The position numbers and the translations under genes were made by a program. This document shows, in pieces, positions 38,501 through 52,151 of a stretch of DNA of 64,000 bases (within the stretch, counting starts at the first letter, position 1; each line of letters opens with the position of its first letter). Under the pieces are notes generated by a model. That model was not told the origin of the DNA and searched no databases. It saw nothing but the letters and a program-made list of their open reading frames with translations. The stretch is taken from contig JBLDXI010000036.1 of assembly GCA_047495785.1 (NCBI GenBank), positions 1,178,001-1,242,000 of the forward strand. Reading direction: 5' to 3'. The stretch is from Lepidodermella squamata (Eukaryota > Animalia > Gastrotricha).

Positions 38501-41500
38501 ACAACCAAGCTTTGAAAGTGATGAGATCATACTTATCTAACCGGTACCAAATCGTCAAAGTCAACAATAGTCTCTCGTCGCCGCTCAAAATCAACTTTGG
38601 AGTGCCTCAGGGAAGTGTTTTAGGCCCGCTGTTGTTTACAATGTATATAAACGAAATCTCATCTACAGTTCTTCATTCATCTATCGCGCAATATGCCGAT
38701 GACACCACTATCTATTACAGCCACGAATGCCCGGACATCGCTCAGACGCGCCTTCAAGCTGACTTGGACTCGATGTGTTCTTGGCTCGGACGAAACTGCT
38801 TGCAAGTGAACGGCAAGAAGTCTCAACTACTGGTCCTCTCAACCAAGAGAAAGAAACCGAACATCGAAGTGACAGTCGAAGGTGTGAAACTTGCAGATTC
38901 GAAGACCATGAAAATTCTCGGGTTAACGTTGGACAATGCGTTACTCCTGAAAACGCACATCAGCGAAGTTCGCGCTAAGGCGAACCGAGGTACCTACGCT
39001 CTTAAAATGGCTTCAAAACACTTGAACAGGAAATCTTTGGTCACGATGGCTAACGCAGTAGTATTGAGTCACTTGAACTACTGTGACACAGTTTTGGACC
39101 AGGCGTCTGACAGCAATCTAAAAGCTATTCAATCCGTCCAAAACAGAGTCATGCGCATCATCCTACGAAAAGACCGAACGGCTGACCCTAGCGAAATGCA
39201 AAATCAACTGGGTTGGCTTGACATGGCGGGCAAGCGAAAAGTGCACATCATCACAATGGTTTGGAAATGCTTGAACCAAGAAGCGCCTACAACTTTGCGC
39301 GATATGTTCAAATCGAAAGAACAACCACGCAACCTACGCAGCTATTTCGACCAAGCTTTGGAAGTGCCATTTTTCACTTGCAAACGTGCTCAATCAACTC
39401 TCGCTTTCAAAGGAGCTGTAGCTTGGAATGCTTTGCCTCGCCACGTACAAGAATCGAAATCAGCGCATGAGTGTCGACAAAATGTATATCTTTACCTTCT
39501 CGGCGATGCGCCATTCCAGTTTTCAAACGCGTCCCAAAAATTGTAAATTTTAATAGAAACTTTTTATATGAGCTTACCTTACATCTCATTCTCTCTAATT
39601 TTAACGTTAATGTGGAGCCAATTGTTGTTGTTGTTTTGTATTATCACTACCAAAATGAACAAATGGAATTTGAAACGGACTGAATATGACTCTGATTTTT
39701 CTGCCGGCTATGAGTGGATTGCCCGATTAACATTGTTGTGAGCGTTCGGCTACGGACTTAAGCTCTTAAATAAATAAAAATAAATAAATCAAATCTTGTC
39801 TAGGAATCCCTGCTCGCTTTTTCTTCAAAATTCAACTTCAAAACCCTGGGCGAGATCATTAGATATCTTATGAAAATTACAGATCACGGGTCCCCTACAG
39901 AGCAGCAGGCTTCAAAGCAGGATAAACTCAAAAAGCGGTGCAAACGCCACGCAACAATAAATCGAATTAATTACGATAAAATTCGGCGTAGTTTTCTGAA
40001 TATGGACTCATCATAACTTAAGTAGTCCGGCTTATGAATTTTGAAAAAATTTAGAAAAACGACTTTTTCGACCAAAGTGAGGTCTGAGTCACATTACGGA
40101 GGTTTGATGACTTATGTTCCTCAATTTTTGGTGTGAAAAGCTAGAATAGCTGACCATCATGTTAGTCGATTGGTGGAAAATCAGAGGCTAAGCCTGAGCG
40201 CTTGCTGAGAGGACTGTTTAGTGCGTTTTCCCTGCTTTGAAGCCTGCTGCTCTGTGGGGGACCCCAGATCACTGTTTCTTCAGACGAATCTGTGAGGAAT
40301 TATCTTTTCATCTAAGCTTTTTCACTTTTTTGATTCTCCGAATGCTAAGTTTTCATAATAACAAAAAAAAACAAATACCGTTGTCTCCAGCTTGCAGGCT
40401 GCGTAATTCTCTTCGAATGACGTTGAGTTGCCATAGACTTTAAGCTGTTGACAAAAAATTGCGGTAAGTATCTAGAACAGGCGTGCAAATATCGTTGTCT
40501 CGCTGAATAACTCGGATGATTTTAGCTACCGCCAACACTTCAGTATATATACACCTACCTAGGCCGTCTTGAACACCTGCACAGACTGAAAGAATCGATT
40601 TTGAAAATGATGTCGATGGCCATTCAACTCCATCGATCGGATAATCTTGTTTGCTAATCTTCACTCGCAAATATGCCCAAATCCGAGTTATTCAACGACA
40701 CTAACGATATGACCCACTTACCCTCGTTCCACCCGTACCAACTCCATAGCACTGATTGCCTTTGCTTGTGACGCTTTGGACTGCTCTCTATATTTGAAGA
40801 TAATAACCAACAAAATTTCTATGATTATAAGGAATTCATTTTGCAGAACAATATCAATTTGCAATATAGCTAATCTAAGAATAGAACAAAAATTTCCGAG
40901 CAAATGCAAAATTCAGTGCTCCCTCGATAAAAGCACTGGGTCGGGAGCCAGACCCGGTCTTTAAACAAGGGAAAGCTATAACGAGGGCTGTAATTGAATG
41001 CAGTAGCTAAAAATAGTTTCTACGTCTTAGGACAGTTGCCATGCCAACGCGCAGAAAGAGACGGACACGGATTACGTGTCATTGCAAATTTCGCTCGCTA
41101 AAGACTGTTAAACAATAACACTATTAATCACTAGTTCTTCGCCAAGTTTTTATTCTTATTTGCCAGGGCGGCTTTGATTTGACTGGATGACCTTGTTTTT
41201 TTACTCTGATTTTAAGTCCTGCCTGGGGTTAACGAACTCAGAATAAAAAAACCTGGAATCTCATCATTTCAATTTACTTCAAAAATGCCCAGCTCGTCCG
41301 ATTTCGCAAACAAATTTCATTTGAAATCACAGCTTAAAAAAATCGATCACCCTGGTCAAGATTGACCAGAATACTTCTGAATAAATCACCCGCAAATTCA
41401 GCCAAACATTCTCAAGATAATGCTGTGTTCAATTCATATAACTCATGCTTAGCCTAAAAATCGTAAAATTATTTAAAAAATAATATGAAATTTGAAACAA

Positions 41501-44500
41501 TTAGGATGACAAAATGTATTTTCGACAATTTTTTCCCGGTTAACCTGACTTTTCTTTTTTAAATTCATCGAATTAATGGTATTGAGCAATCTCGGACCGA
41601 TTTCAAGGCATAAGACGTGTGGTTCCGTCAAGAGGGTGTTTAGATTGAATGGAATAAATATCTTCTCAGGCGTGACCCTTTTCATTCGACTGGCCTATTA
41701 GGATCAAGGTAAAAATCGGGCAGAAGCTCCCGCCGCCCCTCCTCGGGATGTTGCGACTTTCAAAGTCAAAATCGAATTATTAAAAGTTTTACGAAAAACC
41801 CGTAAAATTGCCAAGGCGTTGAGCAATGAAATCGTAGAGTAGTGGCAGCCAGTTTCATGTTAGATCAGGCCTATCGACTATCGAAAATCGGCTAATAATC
41901 CAATAACTCAGGACAACTGGAACGATTGAAAACGGTCTAATTTTATGAGAATAAATCCATGTATCGAAATTAAAATAAATCGTAAAACAAGGACGCGTTT
42001 CTTCATGATTACGCAACACAGCCGGGAACAAAATTGGGAAAACTGAAGTTTCAGTTTCCCTATAAAAATCACGATTTATATCCTAATTTGATCATGCTAC
42101 ATAATAATGCTGGTAAATTTCAAGAGATTTTCTGGCCGGGAAAAAGCTAAAAATTGAAAAATGAAAAATCAGGGCAATTCAGATGAGTCTTTTAGTTGAT
42201 CAGCAATTGGCCTGAGGGAAAATCTGCAAATCAAGGAGAGCTAAGATTGACGGGCATTTTTATAGTTATTGAAATGAATCGCTGATTTTGTCTGATAAAT
42301 TGGCGTAATTTCTGATAGAAACGAACGAACGAACGATAGAAAAGTTTAACAAAAGTTTAACTCGCAGCACGACTTGAGTGGCAGCTAATCCTCACACTCT
42401 GTTGCATAATCACAGCCATTTCAAAGCCACAAGAACAGTTTAATGCACTGATGATCTTTCGGTTTGAACTTGACTTGAAATAACTGGATCTCTAAAAACC
42501 ACGACAACGCCCCGCTAGGTTTCTAGGAACGCTTTATTATTTTAATTTTTCACGCTCAATTTTTTTAATCTATCAAAAAATTATTATTTGTTTAATTAAA
42601 AATTTACAACTAATTTATTTAGCAGGGTCCCAAATTACGGTCTACAAACGAGGGAGTTCTTTTAAGGAGGGTGCCACTAACGAGGGAGCACTGTAGATCC
42701 GGCAATTTAGCCCACATGGGATGTGCGCTACACCAATGACCTGATATCCCTAGAATTGCCCATTCGAATGGGAAATTATTTTTGCGACAATACAAGTATC
42801 CAAGTAGTGCGAAGAACAGGTGTACACCTCACCTCGAGACAGGCAAGGATGTTTGGGCAAAACATTCAAGCTCAAATCATTTGATCAATTGATATAAATA
42901 GTTGATAGTTGCTCACCCCAGTTAGGCAGTTTGCCCTGTTGGAGAACGTCGCAGGCGAAAATTCTCGAGTTTCAGTCCCAGCCTGGCAGCCCGCTGTCTC
43001 GGTAATGCAATCGACGAAGCTCCCAGTGGATACGCTGAAGCACCTTACATGCGGCTTCTCGAAGTATGGAACTTGCACTGTTACGCGAATGTTCAAGCTA
43101 TTAATTTCTAAACCTATAGTTCAAAAACCTACGTTCCTCTGACATGCAGAGGCTTAAATTGGCGTATGGGCTGCCGTCTTCGAGCTGTCAAGAAAAAAGT
43201 AGGATCAGCTCGATGAGTTATAAATGTTTCAAACCCAGTTCTCGGGACACGTGTAGTTTACTGGAACGCATGTTGACACAAATCCATTGTGCTTACATCG
43301 CTTGAATGATCGATTCTAAACATAACGTAGATATAATATTTTGAATTTTTTAGCGTAGTTAAAATTACCGCAAATTGCGATTTCGCATTATTGCAAGCGG
43401 CCAAACTGTCCTTCAGCGTGGTATTTCTGAACCAGTCAAGCTAAAACAATTAAATTAAAAGAGATAAAAATTGTCAATGGTGAGAGAAGGATATTTACCT
43501 CGATTTCTCTTTCATAAGCTGGTTCGCCAGATAATTTGCAGTTGCCGAGGCCGGGATTGCAACGGGGTGTTAGAGTTTCGTATTTGTAGCACATTTTAGC
43601 ATTCTGTTTTTGATACGGATTAAAATAGTGTAGAGATATGAACCTGTATTTGGACTTCTTACTCCTGATCGGCACGATGCTAAATCCGGAAACAATGGAC
43701 CCCACTGTAATCAAATAAAACTGAATTATCAATAGAATGGAAAAATTGCATCAAATCAAACACATTTAATTTTTAATATAGATTATAGTGCAAGTGAAAT
43801 GTCCATGTATTGACAATGAACAAAATTTCCTCTTTTGTTTTGGATGAGTTGTCGCATCATTTGAAAAACCGACAACTCGAAAAATACTTTGTCATTTTTC
43901 TGAGCGACAATTCAGAAAGTGTCCCGGTAATTCAGAATTCTATTCTGAATTCTGGCCTGGCTCGGCCTCAGCAGAGCTGAAATGATCGGCTGCGAGATCA
44001 TATTCCTGACCTTCCTGACCTTCCCGGAAATTCCTGACCTTCCGCATGGACAGTTCAGGACAGTTTCTCAATTGTCGCTCAGAAAAATAGCCCTTAATTT
44101 TCTGAATTGTCTGATTCTAAGCTGTAGTTGCTCAGAAAAATGGCAAAATATGTTTCTGAATTGTCGATATGTATGTCTGTTCTAAATGCCGTTGCGCTGA
44201 AATTTCGACTGCGGTTTCATATTAATTTTGAACTAATTTTGGAACAAATAAAATGGGTCACCTACAGAGCTGCAGGCTTCAAAGCAGGATAAACTCAAAA
44301 AGCATTGCAAACGCAACTCAACAATAAATCGAATTAATTACGATACAAATTGCTGCGTAATTTTTTGAATATGGCCTCATCATAACTTTAAGAGCCCGCG
44401 GATGAATTTTGGAAAAATTACTTTTTCGACCAAATTGAGGTCTGAGCTAAATTATGGAGTTTTTATGACTTGTGCTCCTCAACAATATAATTGCTGACCA

Positions 44501-45133
44501 ATCGTGTTAGTCCATGGGTTGAAAATTAGAGGCTAAGCCTGAGCGCCTGCGGGATCAAAACAAAATAAATAAAAATAGATAGATAAATAAATTGTTCAAC
44601 AACTATCTGATTTTAACTAGAGAAAAGTTCAAATCTTCTTTTCATTTTTCAATGGATTTTAGAAAATGTTTCAATCGGCATATATTGAATTTGATCGAAA
44701 ATGAAAGAAAAAGTGGGGTTTCGCAAACCCGTACGAAAGAAGGAAGAGTTATTCAGAAGGGTTGCCGAGAAAATAGGCTTCACAATTTTCGAGCGTGTTT
44801 CAAGGAGGATAGCAGCATCCCAGAGGTCTGACATTGAAAATTTCAAATCCTTGGAACAATTCGCCTAGAAACCCCACTTTGCCCTTATTTAATATTTCAA
44901 CATCTATTTAAATGAAAGCTCTCCTATTTCTTCAATTGATTTGAAGCTGGATATTTATGAGTAATTACTGCTAAATAAAATACCTGATACTCAGTGATGG
45001 GATCACAGGTAGGGTTGTTATCGCGGCACGAAGCAAACGCGTTGTTGGTCACCAGGAAGCATCGCTTGAACACCTGGCCCGATGCTTGGCTGATACAAAA
45101 GATCGAAATAACTGCTAAAATAAATGCTCTCAT
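35577..45133 (-). CDS. Gene D: A-type paralogue, 14 exons, intact, introns expanded by transposons
   Basis: Exon 1 45133-44984; exons 2-7 ~43705-42917; exons 8-9 ~40788-40379; exons 10-12 ~38172-37582; exons 13-14 ~36592-35577. Spliced frame open; ends INCAAFVIPGMR*. Confidence 0.85.
37036..37369. mobile_element. Relative of the 225-bp hAT MITE family in gene D intron 12
   Basis: Ends CACTGTGCGAAG / CTTCGCACCCTG and internal GACCGAGCTGGGGTGT(T)GCGAC shared with 5789-6013; no clear TSD. Confidence 0.55.
38238..39788 (+). mobile_element. 5'-truncated CR1/L2-group LINE inside gene D intron 9, antisense to the host
   Basis: Frame open from ~38240: QYGFRKYHSTET, DLSKAFD, SYLSNRYQ, GVPQGSVLGPLLF, YADDT, WNALP; stop at 39546; 3' (TAAA)n tail ~39767-39788. 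Confidence 0.92.
39888..40264. mobile_element. 377-bp MITE with ~35-bp TIRs and 8-bp TSD
   Basis: TIR GGGTCCCCTACAGAGCAGCAGGCTTCAAAGCAGG mirrored at 40231-40264; TSD CAGATCAC (39880-39887, 40265-40272). Confidence 0.9.
40914..42693. mobile_element. Putative ~1.8-kb non-autonomous Tc1/mariner-like element in gene D intron 7
   Basis: TIRs CAGTGCTCCCTCG / CGAGGGAGCACTG followed by TA on the right (left flank TT). This intron is ~50 nt in A, B and C. Confidence 0.6.
43838..44172. repeat. Degenerate inverted-repeat element with repeated TTTTTCTGAGCGACAATT / AATTGTCGCTCAGAAAAA units
   Basis: Mirror-image units at ~43895-43912 and ~44070-44088, with further degenerate copies on each side. Confidence 0.55.
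44255..44552 (+). mobile_element. Truncated second copy of the 39888-40264 MITE in gene D intron 1
   Basis: Colinear match from the left TIR through GAGGCTAAGCCTGAGCGC; right TIR missing. Confidence 0.85.
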
Positions 45134-46931
45134 TGATGTTTTATTTGAAAAAATAACTGCTTGAAATGGCGTGAAGGAGCTGAAAATTCCCGTCCGTTAT
45201 TGCTTGGCTCCGTGGCTCGTGCCTGATTTTGTTTTGAAAAACATCACGTGGAAATTTTATGTCGCCATTGAAAACATGAAACGTAGTAGAAAATCAACAT
45301 TCAACTTATTGACCCCGACCTGTCCAGACGTGGACAACTGGCTGAAATTATGATTTTCGATTTTGATGCAAAAATCCGCCGTGATAAAATACGGCCAGAT
45401 AAATGGCAAATGTGATAAAACATCATGATTTCCCTTTTTTTAATTCCTCATAATATTTCCCTCTCGAATGCCGATTAGGATTTCCAGGCCTTAATGACGG
45501 ATGGGCAAAATTTCAGATTTATTTTTTTTCTGACCAATCCACCATTAGGTGCACTCGGTCCTTGAGTCAATGGAAGGGGATATATCATAATCACATCATT
45601 AATTGGAAACAAGACACAATATAATCGTTTTATACATGGTTGTTTTCGGGATATTTTTACTGTTTTAATTAACATTATTTGACTCTTGTCCTGCCGTCCG
45701 GTCCTGCGTGCGCCACTCCTGCGCCTTGTATTCTCCTTAATTAGCCAATTAAAAGTAACCGATTTTCAGAGTGTTTTACAATAATTTCTTCGTATTCTGA
45801 GAATTGTACCAAGGTGAACGTGGATTTTAGGTACTTATATAGGTACATGAGTCGTTCAAAAACAAAATCGCTCTATCATACGCCTTTCAAGTGAATTGAT
45901 TGAACCTCAGAGTTGAATCGACGATAGAAGAATGAAAAATCCACCATCAGTGACTAAGGACTAAGCATTGTATTGTTTGGTATGAGAATTGTATGGAATT
46001 CGTAAGGCCCAGAGTCCGTACAATCGAATGACCCCGCTGGCTGACGCATTCAATTCAAAATGATTTACGGGCAAATACACAGAAAAAAATAGAAGCAGAA
46101 AATCAAGGTGAGCTCGGAAAATTCCAGGTAAAATCCTGGGGCTTCATATTTGTATTCCGCTGCTACCTGTATCATTTCATTAATTTTTGAGCTCAGCCCT
46201 CAACCTGATTTTCTAAAAATTCTGCAAAGAGAGGCCCTACTTGAGGCATGTTTCGAGAGTGACCTTTAGACCCATTGTTTGAGATACTGTAAACTGAGTG
46301 ATAGATCTTAAACAAGATTGATATAGTCAGAGCGATTTCCAACCATTAATTCTGTCTGACCAGAAATTCGTTTTTTTTCAATCGCTAAAAGTCTCAAAAT
46401 AGGCTTCAAAAAGTCGAAAAGGCCAAAAAACGTTAAAGCTGAATTTTGCTGACAATTCAAGCCATATTTCAGTTCTAAATTCAACCCCGGCTTGTCTCAG
46501 GAGCCAAATTACGGGAGGAAAAAAATTGATACAAAGGATAACAATTGCGATTACACATAGTAACATTAGTATTTTCGTTATATTTTTTAGAATTACGACA
46601 AAAAAGTAGATTTTTCGTAACGCTTGGGCTATGTGAAAATAGTATTCAAAGCCGTTCCAAGGACAAATTCAGCTGAAATTTCGATTTTCCAAAACTAAAT
46701 TCTGCGCGCAGCAGCTCTTTAGCATCATCGCTCCTGAATAGCATTCACCAACAAAAGTTCATAGCCGCGTACAATGGGACATCTATTGGTCCGGTAATTT
46801 ATTTATAATAATTAGCTGTCTGAGCTTTCATCTCATCCGCCTGAAAATGTCACCATAGAATTATCTCATTCACGAAGGTAAAAATAAAGATAGGCGAACG
46901 GCCCAAGAACTCGAAGGCATCAATAGGAGGA

Positions 46932-49900
46932 TTAGCGCATTTCAGGAATTGAGAAGGCAGCACAATTGATTTCAACGATTCGCAGCTGGTTCTGGGTCAG
47001 AACTTCATTGAACATTGTCATGCACCCAATGCTTCCAAAGTACGTCGATGACGTATCAGCCCATGCTCTGCAAATAAGGTAAAGTGTAACAACAATAGAA
47101 GCAGGGGGAAAATGTGATTAATTACCGCGCCAAGCTGAGTTGTCCGCTCCCAGTAACGGGTCGATTGGCGTTTGAAATAACATTACCTCTTCGATCGCAA
47201 AGAAATGTCATTGCGGTAGTGTTAGCGTTGTAAGTCAATGTCAGATAGCGCCAATTAAAATTCTGCTGGCAGGTGAGTGAAGTCAGGCCGGAGCTGAATA
47301 CCTTGGCGAGGAAAGTCCGACCTGAACTACCATCAATCCTCAAACCTTGTGTCGTCCCGTTTGGAGCGTATTCGATGATTGTTTTGGTAGAAGTCGAGAG
47401 CGTGGCGAAAAATGCGATGGTAAAACTGCCGGTGCTGAACTTGATCTTTTCGGCAGACAGACTGATGGGACCTGTTGAGTTGTAATAAAACGCCGTGTTC
47501 GCTAAGCCAAATGGCCCCGAAACCTGAGGAAGAGCCGTGTTAGGGGTCGTAAAATTAGCCCTAGGATCGACTAAATCATTCAAATCCGAAACCAACGGCC
47601 AACTGGCTATGGTGGACGGGAGTAGAGCGCTCAAGTTCTCAGGAGACCACGTTTTTCCAGCGTGGATTTGAAGGCACTTCTTCCGAACAATCCATAGCTG
47701 CTTCACCGTGAGGGCGTATTTGAAAACGGACAGGCAGGACAGTTGACCTGCCAAGCTGACTGAGTTATCGAAATTTCGTCCAACTTTCATTTTCGTGCTG
47801 GTAATTGCGGGAGCTGTGACGCTCAAAGTAGACGTTTGGCTGTCGCATACCGCTATCACTTGGTTCGAATTTCTGTTGTAGGAAGCAGCGATGAAGACCC
47901 ATGTTTGAATGGTGTTACCGACAGATAAACAGCCAAGTGCGATTATATTGTTGGAATTATCTGAGAAAGGCAGACAATATACGATGAAAGGTGAAAATGT
48001 CCTAGAATTAACTTTTTGAGAATGTTAGTATTTCATAATTGTCTAATTTAGAATTAAAAAAGTGTACCCCTAGGTCACATAGCCAAGTTGGAAATCTCTA
48101 AAAGAACCACAGGGGGACCCTTTGGTCTTTGGTCATACAATTTGGTCCCAAAAATACCCCATAATTCGAGGATCTTACTTCGCGGGCTGCGCAGTACCGA
48201 TATTCTGTAAAAAACAAGCCACCAAACCGGGCGGAGCAAGTTCCCATATTTGTAAATAAATAGACCCTGGCTACATCCAAATTTGCAAATGTGATAGATA
48301 GTATGAGGAAGACTCTACGTAGATCGTAACGTTAAAATTAGATTTATGCCTATTGATCCAGCCTATTAGACCGAATTAAGCCATTTTTGACCAAATTTCC
48401 ACCCAAGTTTAGATAAATTTTGATCCTTGCGAACTCTCACCTCTATATATGTTCAAGACGTTCGTATTCGGGTTGTAAGTAATGCGGAACAGGGCTGAAT
48501 TCTCGTAAAACACAACAACCGGATAGTAAATGTTGGCGATTGTTACAAAGCGGACGTAGAGAGATATGGTAAATGGCGTGGTGCTGAGGTCTAGCTTGCT
48601 GTTGGTCACGTCAAGATAACCAGCCGTTGAGTTGATAGTGAGCGAAGAGGCTTGAAAATCGAACGGGCCAGTATCGTAGACAGCATCTTGTATAGCACCG
48701 CTGATTTGATTTCCGCTGATATCATTCAAGCCGTAAGTCTGGGTGAGAGGGAGAAACATCAAGTCTAGGGGTAGTCCGAAAGCAGATTCTAAAATCAAGA
48801 GTTCAACATTAAGTTGAGCTTTGAATTGGATATTGGGAATTCGACAAACGTTGTTGGCAAATTGCCAAACTGCTATGAGGCGAATCGATTGACGATGTCT
48901 GAGTTCAAGATATGCGTACACATTGTAACTCATCGATTCGGAGCTTACCCAGTCTTGAGGACAGTTGCCTGCTATGCATTTAGCGGCCATCAGCAGCTGG
49001 TTAGTGCACAGGTTGTACTATTTGAAAAATAACAAAAAAGTATCATCAAATGGGTCATAAGTCATAAAAATGCTACCAAAACCAACTAAAATTCTCGCAC
49101 TGTTTTATTCGAATTTAATCGATCAGTTCAAAAGCGCGCGTGGGAAAATTCTACATCCATTTAGCAACATAAGGAATAATATTCCAAAATTTCTAAATAA
49201 AAAGCTTGTTACCGGCATAGCTGCTAAGCAGGCAGCGTAATTGTCGGAAAAATTGCTATTCGAATAAACGCCAGACTAGAAAGAAATCCTGGGTTAAAGA
49301 AATTCGCTTGAAGTATTAGTTACAAATGAACCGTGGGCAATCCTTGCGGGCAGGTTGGCGAATCTTGGCAAACTCCAGCTGAAGCACATTGATAGGCGGT
49401 CTAGAATAAAAGGGATGCGAAGCGTTTAGGCAACAATTTAAATTCATACCGACGACATGCAGGCGTTACCGGACGAAAAGCTGACGCCTCCAATCTGCAA
49501 AAATTGCCAAAAATATCAAGCTTACCACAGTCTTTTAAGCATCAACTAACATTAACCAGAGGATTCGGGCAAGATGGGCCAATGTAGCAGCCTTTGAATG
49601 CCGTAGCGTTATTGTAACAGTGCACATACTCGATAGCTTGTAAACAAGATTCAATAAATCAATCAAATCTCAACAAATCGTGCAGGAAAACTAACTTTTG
49701 CAAATAGCGAAGGAGTCGTAAACAACGCCATCTGAACTAGCGATCTGATAAATTAGGTTCACGAGATCTGGAATTATGACAATGGGTTGAATGCTCACAG
49801 TCGACGCTGGACAAGTCGTGTTGACGGGAACGCAAATGGACAGGAAATTAGTATTGGAATCGAAACATCTTTTATGTTTTCCCTTGAAGAACCAAGAAAA

Positions 49901-52151
49901 ATGAGGAGGCGCAAGTGATCAACCTTCTAACCTGGATCGAAGCTACACATGTTTGGAAATTCGTCGTAAATTGCGTCGAGTTCGATCCGATGCTTCCAAG
50001 CTGAAGATATGAAACAATTTGAAATTCCCCAATACTAGACCACAGAATTGATGGTTAAATTTAAAAAAAAATCAAATCCATATGATAATTTTTATTAGTT
50101 TAAATCATTTTACGTCGAATTTCTCGGTCCCGTTCGGGCATGAATCAATGCAGCTACCACCGGTTGTAGTATCGTAGCACATGTTGATTGCCTATATTGA
50201 AACGTAAGATTGAATTATAAATGTAGGAGATCCAAAATCTATTATACCCCAGCTTCACAGGATGATTTTGTCGGGAATATTGTCATACCAGGTGTCTGTA
50301 GAAAGTATATCGAAATTTGGAGATAAAAAAAGGAAATTGTGAAAATAATTACATCTGTTCCATCGCATGCGATTTGAGCAGGCTTGCATCCGGAAAATCT
50401 CAGCCCTCCTGAGCCGAAGCAGCGTCGATGTGGGAAGAAAGACTGTGGTGCTGCAAAAATGGACCAATTATTTCAAAAATTTCTGGTTCAGTTATTTTAA
50501 CAAACCTGATTCGCATTCGCCGAGATCTGTAAATGTAACGCCGGTCGAAAATTGGTTGGTACTACCAGCTGGGCAACTTTCGTTGCCATCAGTGGGTATG
50601 CACTTGACCAGAGAATAGTTTTGCGAGTTCAGGCAGAATTTGTGCGGTTTCTAAATATGCCGTGAAAAAATCTAAAACTCGCAATCAACAAATGAATTTA
50701 CCTTGTATATTGGGAGATAACTCAGGCATTGAGCATAATTTTCGCCAAAATCTTTCCCGCTGTTGAAAGTTGTAACCTGAAATGAGACATCGAGGCGATT
50801 CTTTAAATCTATCTTAATTTCCTACCAGACTCATTGGCGATCGACATATTCCTTGGCAAAGCAATGCTGATGCAGATTTGCATAGGGCTGCTGGCTGCAA
50901 TGGAAAGACGAAAATATATATCTCGAAGCGAGAATCTCAAGCAATTAACCCCAGCAATGCAATGTTTTTTGTCAATGTATGATCCACTGCTGAAAGCCTG
51001 GAAAAGAGAAATTATTTGGTAATTGAAAGTTGAAGATTGAAAAAAATATTTCTAAAGCTGAAATATTTCTTTATCTTTAGCTTTATCTCGAATATTTCAA
51101 AAATTAAACGCCTCTACAAAATTTGATATTAGATTCCCAATAATTATTTTGATGAATCATGCATTTTGGTACCGTCTCCAGTTGGCTTTTAGCCATGTTG
51201 TTTCGCCATGAAGTTATAGTGGTTAAAGGATAAGATTAGACTACTTCACCTGTGACTGCGTTGATTCATTGCATCCTGGGGTAGCCAACAGGCAGCCAGC
51301 AAATGATCGATCCGCTTTCGAGAAGCATCGAACGTGCGGCGAATAATCAGAACCTCTTATTGCAGCTATAATACAATTGAACGTGTAACGAAGTTAAAAA
51401 ATTAGACCGTCAACCTTGGATTTGCGATAAGCAGTCAGACAAAGTGATTATGAGATTTAATTCACGCTGAAATACATCAAAGTTTAAACGGAAATGGAGC
51501 AAAAGGTACCATTCTCACCCAGCCAACTGGGCATTGGCTGTCTATCGGTACACAGGTCAGGACTGAACCTTTGCCGCACTGGATCGCTGGGTTGACCTGC
51601 GCAGAAAAATATAAAACTTTCATAATTCAATTTAGAAATTCAAAAACAGACCATATAAGGCCGAATTTTGACGAGGCAGGCATCATAACGCGGCTTGAAT
51701 AACAAGCCCGTAAAATCCAAATGCTGTTGGGAAAACAGGATAATTTCTAGATTTTTATTGAAATGGAAAATTACCGCAATTTCGTCCTTTGAACAAGAAA
51801 CCAGTTTGGGGAGGCATCTCAAAGTGAACAGCTGCGGGTTGTAGCAGCTGTGGGCTGACTGAATCAGAAACCCTGTATGAAAACTTTATAAAAAATCATC
51901 TTACAAACTCACGCCCTGTTTACAACTAGTGGAATCAGGAAGCGCTGGGCCAAGCTATTCCCATTAAATTATAGGAAAGTATTAAGTATTTTATAGACTT
52001 TATACAAGAAGCTTACCTGGAATTCTTCGAATAGGTCACACTCAGGTTTGCAGTCGACGAATGCGTCGTTCCATCGTGAAAAGCATCGCTTGAAACAGCC
52101 AACTCCGCTAAAGGCGAGCGTGACTAGCAAGAAAATTTTTAAACAATTCAT
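46932..52151 (-). CDS. Gene E: long-form paralogue, 26 exons, ~1010 aa, 12 Cys modules + two LamG-like domains
   Basis: Signal peptide MNCLKIFLLVTLAFSGVGC; 23 small GT-AG exons between 52151 and ~48850 splice in frame; LamG exons ~48788-48440, ~47961-47126 and ~47067-46932; ends INCAAFSIPEMR*. Confidence 0.85.
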
